From NCBI GenBank assembly GCA_016179945.1, contig JACPCE010000003.1, positions 1 through 62,406 on the forward strand: DNA of 62,406 nucleotides, read 5' to 3'. This document shows, piece by piece, positions 54,432 to 61,431 of the stretch. How positions within the stretch are numbered: the stretch's first letter is position 1; each line of letters begins with the position of its first letter. Position numbers and translations under genes: made by a program. The notes below the pieces were generated by a model, which saw only the letters and a program-made list of their open reading frames with translations, made no database searches and had not been told where the DNA came from. Source of the stretch: Candidatus Woesearchaeota archaeon (lineage in GTDB: Archaea > Nanobdellota > Nanobdellia > SCGC-AAA011-G17 > GW2011-AR18).

Positions 54432-54785
54432 ATGGATATAAATGCTAATGTTCCTAAGGAAATTGTAGATAAAATATATGAAGTTCTGGATATAGTAAAG
54501 AAAACAGGAAAAATAAAGAAAGGTACAAACGAAGTTACAAAGGCAATAGAAAGAGGCACTGCAAAATTAGTAGTTGTAGCACAGGATACAAATCCTAAAG
54601 AGATTATAATGCATCTGCCAACTTTGTGCGAAGAAAAAAATATACCTTTAGTTCCAATACCAAAAAGAGAAGAGCTAGGTGAAGCAGCAGGTCTAAGTCT
54701 TCCTACAGCATCAATTGCTGTTATTCAAGAAGGAGATGCTAAGCAAGCTATAAAAGAATTAACTTCTAAGTTAAAATCTGCTTGA
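54432..54785 (+). CDS. rpl7ae: 50S ribosomal protein L7Ae
   Basis: KKGTNEVTKAIERGTAKLVVVAQD...IPLVPIPKREELGEAAG. The start is taken at MDINANVPKE. Confidence 0.93.
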   Translation: MDINANVPKEIVDKIYEVLDIVKKTGKIKKGTNEVTKAIERGTAKLVVVAQDTNPKEIIMHLPTLCEEKNIPLVPIPKREELGEAAGLSLPTASIAVIQEGDAKQAIKELTSKLKSA

Positions 54786-54839
54786 AAACAATGAAAACAA
54801 ATTTTTTAGTTGCCAAGAATTTGGGAGAATATATTTATC

Positions 54840-55169
54840 ATGGCTGAAAAAACAATTAAAAAACAAGAAATGAAAGTACAGGAAAATATTGAAGACCATA
54901 AAAAACAAAAAGAAGTTAAACAAGTAGAAAAAAAGCAGGAAAAATCATCTTCATTATTTACATTTGCTGTTCCAGCACAAGTAGAAGAAATAATTGGTAG
55001 AACGGGTATGAGGGGAGAAGCAATTCAGGTTAGATGTAGGGTTTTAGAAGGAAGAGATGCAAAAAGAATTCTAAGAAGAAATGTCAAAGGTCCCATAAGA
55101 ATAGGTGATATATTAATGTTAAGAGAGACAGAAATTGAAGCTAGAAAATTAACTCAAGGCAGGAAATAA
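54840..55169 (+). CDS. rps28e: 30S ribosomal protein S28e with a ~45-aa Lys/Glu/Gln-rich N-terminal extension
   Basis: Core [31 protein letters not shown]...[26 protein letters not shown]. The ATG is at 54840. Confidence 0.88.
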   Translation: MAEKTIKKQEMKVQENIEDHKKQKEVKQVEKKQEKSSSLFTFAVPAQVEEIIGRTGMRGEAIQVRCRVLEGRDAKRILRRNVKGPIRIGDILMLRETEIEARKLTQGRK

Positions 55170-55223
55170 AAACAATGAGAATATTATTTTCATGCACCAA
55201 AAATCCAGGAGGAATTTTTTAAT

Positions 55224-55409
55224 ATGGTTAAATGTTCGTTTTGCGGTCATAACATAGAGCAGGGAACAGGAAAAATGTTAGCTAAAAATGATGGTTCTAT
55301 TTTTTATTACTGCTCAAATAAATGCGAAAAAAACCAGATTAAATTAGGAAGAATTCCAAGAAATATTAAATGGACAGAAGAATTTAGAAAAACTAAAACA
55401 ACCAAATAA
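55224..55409 (+). CDS. rpl24e: 50S ribosomal protein L24e
   Basis: MVKCSFCGHNIEQGTGKMLAKNDGSIFYYCSNKCEKN. Confidence 0.9.
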   Translation: MVKCSFCGHNIEQGTGKMLAKNDGSIFYYCSNKCEKNQIKLGRIPRNIKWTEEFRKTKTTK

Positions 55410-55534
55410 TGACGCAAACAGGTTTTAAATGGTTCTGTTCTAAATGCGGAAATATAGAATATGGAGAAAAGCCTCCTAAATTCTGCCCAATTTGTGAAAG
55501 TTTAGGTTCAGAATTATATAAAACACTAGATTAA
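55409..55534 (+). CDS. Small zinc-ribbon protein
   Basis: 41-aa ORF below the track cutoff: MTQTGFKWFCSKCGNIEYGEKPPKFCPICESLGSELYKTLD. Its ATG overlaps the L24e TAA (TAATG). Confidence 0.45.
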   Translation: MTQTGFKWFCSKCGNIEYGEKPPKFCPICESLGSELYKTLD

Positions 55535-55550
55535 ATTTAATTTTAATTAT

Positions 55551-55682
55551 TTAATCTTCTTCATTATATCCTTGCCAAAAAGCCCATTCTTCTAAATCAA
55601 CAGCATCGTTTTCTAAATCATCATCAAACAATTTGCTTGGACTTTCTAACTCACTATTCATTTTTATAAATTTTCTCCCCAT
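55551..55682 (-). CDS. Small acidic ORF with a C-terminal EEWAFWQGYN motif
   Basis: 43 aa: MGRKFIKMNSELESPSKLFDDDLENDAVDLEEWAFWQGYNEED. GGGGGT lies upstream of the ATG. It shares a motif with 23362-23490. Confidence 0.35.
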   Translation of the reverse strand: MGRKFIKMNSELESPSKLFDDDLENDAVDLEEWAFWQGYNEED

Positions 55683-55762
55683 TTTACCCCCAGTATAATG
55701 GTAAGTTAATATATTATAAATAAATAATCTATATAGAAAATATAAAATATATAAAAAAGAAA

Positions 55763-56566
55763 TTACTTAGGGCAAACTTCTATGTCATCAAATTCTACCA
55801 AAGCCCCAGAAGAGGCAAAACCAAAATAACCATCACTATATAAATTGTTAACAACTTGGAAACTCTTGCCTTGAAATATAACATCAATGTTTGGTCCTCT
55901 TGCCTTAACTTCTAACTGGTAAAAAGTACTATGAGTGCCACTTACTTTTTCTGTTCTTAGTCTATCAGTAAAAAGGCGCATTAATCCAAAGTTAAAATTT
56001 GTACCATCCCAACTATCTAAAGTCATCATATAAGCAGTATCTTTATTTTGATCAAATTGTCCTTGTGTTGTATATCTAAAAGGAACGAAAAGATGACCGC
56101 CACCTCTTTCGTTATTAACCCTCCCTCTTATCTTAAGATCAAAATCTTTAAATTTTATGCCACCTACATATGCAATAGATGTATCATAACTAGTATTTTG
56201 TAAAGTGCCATTTTCAACCTTCCAGCCTCCTGCTTGGAATACTAAACCTTTATCATCTGTAAACTTATTTCTATAGCATAGATCTGTTAAATCTTTAGGA
56301 GGGGTTAGATCTATAGGCGAGGATAAATCTTTATTAGGATCTGCTAAATCATTTGTAGTTTGTGCATCTAATGAAGAACCTAATTCACCTTGATCAGCAT
56401 GTGAAGCTAAATCTGGAGGTGGTTCATTGCCTTCATCTGTATCTTGAACTGAATATAAATCAGGCGATGGAGCATTTGCACATCCATCACCACAATAATT
56501 TGGATTTTGCTCAGTACAAGAAACCAATAATATTGGTATAAGTAATGCTGAAGCTGTTTTTTTCAT
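55763..56566 (-). CDS. Secreted lipoprotein with a LamG/DUF1080-like beta-sandwich C-terminal domain
   Basis: Lipobox ILLVSC, a low-complexity PDL/DLS linker, and a C-terminal ...GYFGFASSGALVEFDDIEV typical of concanavalin-like modules. Confidence 0.5.
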   Translation of the reverse strand: MKKTASALLIPILLVSCTEQNPNYCGDGCANAPSPDLYSVQDTDEGNEPPPDLASHADQGELGSSLDAQTTNDLADPNKDLSSPIDLTPPKDLTDLCYRNKFTDDKGLVFQAGGWKVENGTLQNTSYDTSIAYVGGIKFKDFDLKIRGRVNNERGGGHLFVPFRYTTQGQFDQNKDTAYMMTLDSWDGTNFNFGLMRLFTDRLRTEKVSGTHSTFYQLEVKARGPNIDVIFQGKSFQVVNNLYSDGYFGFASSGALVEFDDIEVCPK

Positions 56567-56819
56567 ATTTTAATGGTTTACAAAAAAGCTTTTATAGCTT
56601 TCTATTTAAAAATACTATTTACTAAAATTGTATAGTTCTAAAATATATTTAAAAATAAATACCTTCAATTATAATAAAATAAATATACCTTATAAACAGT
56701 CAAATTAGCTTTTCTAAACAATACAAAGTAATATTTAACCTCAATTTTCAAAAATAAGGAAAAATATAACAACTGTTTCTATAGTTAATTATTTATAATA
56801 AACAACATACTAAATTTAT

Positions 56820-57566
56820 ATGAGAAAAAAAAGTGAAAAATTCATAAACATAATATTTGTTTTTCTAATAGTTATATCAGTAGTTCTTTTAGGTTATACA
56901 TTAAATAATTTATTTTTTCCTAATAACTTAAGTGAAAAAACAGACACAATGCAAATTCAGACTAAAAGTAAAATGAGTTTAAGTAGTTTTGATAAGCAAT
57001 TGGCAAAGGCATTTATGGATAAAAATAATGATGGATGATGTGATTCTTGCGGAATGTCTGTAGAACAATGTATAGATTCAGGTCAGCTTCAATGCACAAT
57101 GGATCCAAATGGTAAAATTGGATTATTAGGTTCGCAGCACATTCATGCAGATTTTAAAGCTTATATAAACAATGAAAAATTGGATTTTTCAGATAAAGAT
57201 CATATGGCAAGAATGAAAAATGGTTTTTCTTTAAGTAGTTTTATACACGTAGATTAGGGTGCTCCTGAACCTGAGAAAACAGGAGATGTATTGCATATGC
57301 ATGCAAAAGGTGTTCCTATTCGGATATTTTTTGAAAGTCTAGGAATGAAGTTTAATAAAAATTGTTTTATTTTAGACGATGGTGAGAAATATTGCAGCAA
57401 TGAATTTAAAACTCTAAAATTTTATGTTAATGGCAAGTTAAATAATGAATATGAAGATTATGTATTTAATGATTTAGATAAAATATTAATTAGTTATGGA
57501 AACGAAGACCAAAGTAAAATTCAATCACAAATATCAACAATAACTGATTTTTCAAAAGTTCATTAA
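56820..57566 (+). pseudogene. Single reading frame for a membrane-anchored His-motif protein interrupted by in-frame TGA (57036-57038) and TAG (57255-57257)
   Basis: Track ORFs 56820-57038, 57054-57257 and 57291-57566 are all in the same frame. The joined product is TM anchor...DG*CDSCG...HIHADFKAYINNEKLDF...SFIHVD*GAPEPEKTGDVLHMHAKGVPIRIFFESLG... Confidence 0.5.
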
Positions 57567-57568
57567 TA

Positions 57569-57979
57569 ATGAAAAAATTAAATTTGGAGAAAACAACAAG
57601 TATTTTTAGTAGTTTTTCAGGAGAAACTAGTTTTCTTGGTGGATATCAAGTGTGTCACAGTATTTGTACTGTTATAATTTCTTTATTGTCCTTAATAGGA
57701 ATAACAATAATAGGAATGCCAATGTTATTTTTACAAAAAATAGCAATTCCATTTTGGATTATTGCATTGATTTTATTTAGTTTGACTTTGTTTTTATATT
57801 TTAAGAAAAGATGCATCTCTAAAAATATCTTAATTTTCAACTTAGGAATAATAATAGCAAGCACACCATTTAACGAATTAGGAAAACCTATACTTATTTT
57901 TTGGATAGTTGGAGGATTTATTATTTTACTATCTCTTTTTCTATACATAAAGCCAAAAATAATACAACAACTTCTTTGA
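57569..57979 (+). CDS. Membrane protein, unknown function
   Basis: Four hydrophobic helices and a CHSIC motif near the N-terminus. It starts 3 nt after the preceding frame ends. Confidence 0.5.
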   Translation: MKKLNLEKTTSIFSSFSGETSFLGGYQVCHSICTVIISLLSLIGITIIGMPMLFLQKIAIPFWIIALILFSLTLFLYFKKRCISKNILIFNLGIIIASTPFNELGKPILIFWIVGGFIILLSLFLYIKPKIIQQLL

Positions 57980-58016
57980 CCCAAACCTTTTTAAAAATCT
58001 CTGAAATCTTTTTATT

Positions 58017-59726
58017 ATGCTAAGACAAGTAATTGTAACAATAATGGGAAATGTAGATGCAGGCAAATCCCAGACCATAGATTGCATTAAAAAAACATCT
58101 ATAGTCCAATCAGAACCAGGAAAAATAACACAATCAATTAAGGCTTATTCAATTTCTATAGAAATAATTAAGTTAATTTGTAAAGATTTATTAGATTTAT
58201 CAAAAATAAAAGTTCCAGGTTTATTATTTATAGATACGCCTGGCCATAAAGCATTCTCAAATCTAAGAAAAAGAGGTGGTTCTTTAGCTGATATTGCAAT
58301 ATTGGTAGTTGATATAAATGAAGGATTAAAGCCCCAAACAATAGAAGCTATAGAAATACTAAAAGAGAATAAAACCCCTTTTGTAATAGCCTTAAATAAA
58401 ATTGATTTATTAAATGGCTGGCAGTCAAGAACAGACATTCCAATGGTAAAAACAATTCAATTTCAAACACAATCAACACAAAAATTACTTGATGAAAAAA
58501 TATACAGACTTCTGGCAGAATTCTATGAGAAAACTCTTAATACAGAAAGGTTTGATAGGATTGAAGATTTTACAAAACAAATAGTTATGGTTCCTATGTC
58601 TGCTAAAACAGGAGAAGGCATTCCAGAATTATTAATGATAATAACAGGTTTAGCTCAAAGATTTCTTGAGTCTGAATTAAGTTACGATCCAGAAGCGCCA
58701 GCAGAAGGTACAGTTTTAGAAATAACAGAAGAAAAAGGCCTTGGTCTTTGTATGGATACAATAATATACAAAGGCAAAATAAAAGCCAATGATATGATGG
58801 TTGTTGGTACACTGCATGAACCAATAGCAACCAAAATAAAAGCATTATTTTTAGTTGAGAAGAATCAGTTAAAATCTATAAAAGAAGTAGAAGCAGCAAT
58901 TGGAGTAAAAATTTCTGCAACAGGAATAGAAGCAGTTATTCCTGGAATGCCATTGAAAATAGCAAATAAAGATTTGGAAAAAACAAAAATAGAAATTAAA
59001 AAACAAATAGAGGAAACAACACTAGAATTAGATAATGAAGGTATTATTGTAAAAGCAGATTCTTTAGGTAGCTTAGAAGCATTAATAAATTTGTTAAGAG
59101 AAAAAGGAACAAAAATTAAAAGAGCGTCTGTAGGAGAAATTTCAAAAAAAGATATTACAGAAGCATTATCATCAAATAATATACTACAAAGAGTAATTTT
59201 AGGATTTAATACAAAGCAGTTGGATAACAATGAAGTTAAAATAATCACAGATAACATAATTTATTCATTAATAGATAAATTTGAAGCATGGTATAATGAA
59301 GAAAAACAAAAAATTGAAGAAAAATTAATGGGAAATTTACCTAAGCCCTGCAAGATAAAAATACTTGAAGGATATGTTTTTAGACAATCTAGTCCTGCTG
59401 TATGCGGCATAGAAGTATTAGCAGGAACATTAAAACATGGAATATCATTAATGAAAGATGATAGAGGAATAACAGAAGTTAAGGAAATGCAGCACGAAGG
59501 AAAAAAGTTGGCAGAAGCCAAGCCAGGCGAACAATTGGCTATTTCAATGCCTGGAATAACAATTGGAAGGCAGATAAAAGAAGGAGATATTTTATATTCA
59601 GATATGACTGAAGAACAGTTTAGAATTTATAAGAAAATGAAAAAATTAATTACAGTTACAGAAGTAGAGATATTAAAAGAAATAGCAGAAATAAAAAGAA
59701 AAAATAATCCTGGTTGGGGAATTTAG
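58017..59726 (+). CDS. infB: Translation initiation factor aIF5B (IF-2 homolog)
   Basis: GTPase motifs GNVDAGKS, DTPGHKAF and NKID, followed by the aIF5B domain II-IV layout. 569 aa. Confidence 0.92.
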   Translation: MLRQVIVTIMGNVDAGKSQTIDCIKKTSIVQSEPGKITQSIKAYSISIEIIKLICKDLLDLSKIKVPGLLFIDTPGHKAFSNLRKRGGSLADIAILVVDINEGLKPQTIEAIEILKENKTPFVIALNKIDLLNGWQSRTDIPMVKTIQFQTQSTQKLLDEKIYRLLAEFYEKTLNTERFDRIEDFTKQIVMVPMSAKTGEGIPELLMIITGLAQRFLESELSYDPEAPAEGTVLEITEEKGLGLCMDTIIYKGKIKANDMMVVGTLHEPIATKIKALFLVEKNQLKSIKEVEAAIGVKISATGIEAVIPGMPLKIANKDLEKTKIEIKKQIEETTLELDNEGIIVKADSLGSLEALINLLREKGTKIKRASVGEISKKDITEALSSNNILQRVILGFNTKQLDNNEVKIITDNIIYSLIDKFEAWYNEEKQKIEEKLMGNLPKPCKIKILEGYVFRQSSPAVCGIEVLAGTLKHGISLMKDDRGITEVKEMQHEGKKLAEAKPGEQLAISMPGITIGRQIKEGDILYSDMTEEQFRIYKKMKKLITVTEVEILKEIAEIKRKNNPGWGI

Positions 59727-59730
59727 AAAA

Positions 59731-59740
59731 CTTTATAACT
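59731..59740 (+). promoter_or_regulatory. TATA-box-like element upstream of the tRNA
   Basis: CTTTATAACT centred about 29 nt upstream of the tRNA 5' end. Confidence 0.45.
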
Positions 59741-59794
59741 AATTCTTAGTGTTTGATTTTTACGGGCCCGTAGCTCAGCTTGGTAGAGCATCTG

Positions 59795-59806
59795 AGTTAT
59801 GATGAA
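59795..59806 (+). other. Putative 12-nt intron at tRNA position 30/31
   Basis: Alternative fold: outer helix AGAG(21-24)/CUCU(32-35), central helix CAUC(25-28)/GAUG, bulges UG|A and AA|A. Confidence 0.4.
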
Positions 59807-59813
59807 ACTCTTA

Positions 59814-59830
59814 ACAAGTAAAATAGAGAG
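59814..59830 (+). other. Putative 17-nt intron at the canonical 37/38 position
   Basis: Central helix CUCU(32-35)/AGAG, 5' bulge UA|A, 3' bulge AG|A, followed directly by the UCAGA stem strand. Confidence 0.5.
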
Positions 59831-59869
59831 ATCAGATGGTCGCGCGTTCAAATCGCGTCGGGCCCGCTA

Positions 59870-59877
59870 TTTTTTTT
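59870..59877 (+). terminator. T8 run just downstream of the tRNA (archaeal oligo-T terminator)
   Basis: TTTTTTTT begins 4 nt after the discriminator base. Confidence 0.5.
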
Positions 59878-59975
59878 CAGATGATAATAATGAAAAAGTA
59901 GTTAATGGTAAGAGACTAGATGAAATTTCTAATTATCAGATTGAAAACTTAATTACTAAATCATATCATAAAATA

Positions 59976-60527
59976 TTAAAACAATAAACTAACAAGCAAT
60001 GAAAATATTCCAATGCTAAAAACATCTGCAATAGAAGTAGTAATAGGAATTAATACATCTTCAGGATCAATCCCTTTTTTATAAACAACCAAACTCCCAA
60101 TTACCGCAACTATAAAAATAAAAATTACCAAAGATAAAGTTGTTACAATAGTTATTAACATAATTTTACTCAAAATAAAATAACTAAACTCAAAACCTTT
60201 AAAATAAGCAATAAATGTTGATAATATAGAAATATAAACCGCACTAAACAAAGCAACAGGAATTATATCTTTAAACAAATGTTTAATAATATGAGAATGT
60301 ATATTTTTCACTTTCTTTTCATCCAGTGCAGTTGTTATTTTAGAAGTAACTATAATGCCATAATTTCCAATCATCCCATTTAGAGCAGGCAACATAATAA
60401 TTAAAGGTAAAATAACAATCAAGCTGTCTTGTATGTTTCTCAAAAACATACCAGCAATTAATCCCAAAATTATCGAAACTAATAAAACACCAATACTTTC
60501 TCTAAAAATTTCTCTTACTGTAAACAA
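59976..60527 (-). CDS. MgtE-family divalent cation transporter membrane domain (half-size gene 2 of 2)
   Basis: Five TM helices with a C-proximal KKGIDPEDVLIPITTSIADVFSI motif. Confidence 0.68.
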   Translation of the reverse strand: MFTVREIFRESIGVLLVSIILGLIAGMFLRNIQDSLIVILPLIIMLPALNGMIGNYGIIVTSKITTALDEKKVKNIHSHIIKHLFKDIIPVALFSAVYISILSTFIAYFKGFEFSYFILSKIMLITIVTTLSLVIFIFIVAVIGSLVVYKKGIDPEDVLIPITTSIADVFSIGIFSLLVSLLF

Positions 60528-61088
60528 TTAAATCACCACCAATATTACTATGAATAAAGATAATACACTGATAATATCACCGATTGTAGTAACATAAGGC
60601 CCCATTATGTCATCAGGATCATATCCATTATTAAAAACCCAAAAAGTTGTTAATACTGTTAGGGGCAATTCTATTATTAATGATATAATTCCAGCAACTA
60701 ACGAAACAAAAATTAAAATTAATGAATAACTTTTAAAAATAAAATAATTTAATAAAGTAGCCAGCACACCAAGAAATAAAGATACTACTAAAACTAATAA
60801 TATTGAAGATAAAATATTTATCAATAATATTTTATTATGTTCAAATTTTGGTTTTATATGTTTTGTATTTAATAATGTACCTAATCTAGCAGCTAAACTT
60901 CCAAATATATTTCCATGCATTTCTAGAAATCCAGGAAGCAAAATAAACAACCCAGGAATAAGCTCTAATTTATTAGCCAAACCTAACAAAAATACACCAG
61001 CAATTAAACCACCTGTAATGGATATAAACTCAGAAGTAAAGATCTCTCTAAAATCCTTATCTATAACTCTTTTTCCTAATATTTTCAT
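60528..61088 (-). CDS. MgtE-family divalent cation transporter membrane domain (half-size gene 1 of 2)
   Basis: NNGYDPDDIMGPYVTTIGDIISV motif. It abuts the paralogous downstream gene with no gap. Confidence 0.68.
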   Translation of the reverse strand: MKILGKRVIDKDFREIFTSEFISITGGLIAGVFLLGLANKLELIPGLFILLPGFLEMHGNIFGSLAARLGTLLNTKHIKPKFEHNKILLINILSSILLVLVVSLFLGVLATLLNYFIFKSYSLILIFVSLVAGIISLIIELPLTVLTTFWVFNNGYDPDDIMGPYVTTIGDIISVLSLFIVILVVI

Positions 61089-61230
61089 AAAAATACCAGC
61101 TAATTCAAAAATATAAATTTTATTATATACTCATAAAAAACAAAAGCTTGTTAATAACTTTAACTATTCTTTTAAATTATAAATTATCATTATATTGAAA
61201 AATTAGAACTTTATTATACAAACAGCTAAT

Positions 61231-61240
61231 TTTATAAATA
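61231..61240 (+). promoter_or_regulatory. TATA-box-like element upstream of tRNA-Glu
   Basis: TTTATAAATA centred about 30 nt upstream of the tRNA 5' end. Confidence 0.45.
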
Positions 61241-61264
61241 AACCACATTTTCCACGTAATAGAT

Positions 61265-61339
61265 GCCCCGATCGTCTAGCTCGGCCAAGGATAAAGCCCT
61301 TTCGAGGCTTTGACGCGAGTTCGAATCTCGCTCGGGGCA
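61265..61339 (+). tRNA. tRNA-Glu (UUC), no intron
   Basis: Acceptor GCCCCGA/TCGGGGC plus A73. Anticodon arm AAGCC-CTTTCGA-GGCTT. T arm GCGAG-TTCGAAT-CTCGC. 75 nt. Confidence 0.9.
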
Positions 61340-61431
61340 TTATGATTCTAAAAGAATGCACACATTACTTGTAGTTTAAAAACTATCCCGGCAGGAGTAA
61401 TGTATAATGGCAGAAAATGACATCTATAACT

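Larger units (their letters stand above)
59764..59866 (+). tRNA. Intron-containing tRNA, best read as tRNA-Lys (CUU) with two mini-introns
   Basis: Acceptor GGGCCCG/CGGGCCC plus G73. D arm GCTC-AGCTTGGTA-GAGC. Anticodon stem TCTGA/TCAGA separated by 36 nt that contain CTCTTAA. T arm GCGCG-TTCAAAT-CGCGT. 103 nt against 74 nt mature. Confidence 0.78.

Noticed and set aside
56820-57566. Alternative genetic code (TGA and/or TAG as sense codons) to explain the in-frame stops
   Set aside because: All long conserved genes in the window (dnaK, infB, secD and others) are free of internal TGA and TAG. L7Ae ends at its expected C-terminus with TGA, and ORF 19408-20535 ends with TAG. Global reassignment is therefore unlikely.
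59764-59866. Reading this tRNA as tRNA-Ile(UAU) with one canonical 29-nt intron
   Set aside because: It requires G32 and G37 flanking a UAU anticodon and a 4-5-nt 3' bulge. The G73 discriminator and the internal CUCUUAA loop, with two clean BHB folds, favour Lys(CUU). It is not excluded without RNA data.
59799-59987. Track ORF (62 aa) starting inside the tRNA at 59764-59866
   Set aside because: Its first third is the tRNA intron, T-arm and terminator region. tRNA structure fully explains the GC-rich part (SDGRAFKSRRARYFF). No independent coding evidence.
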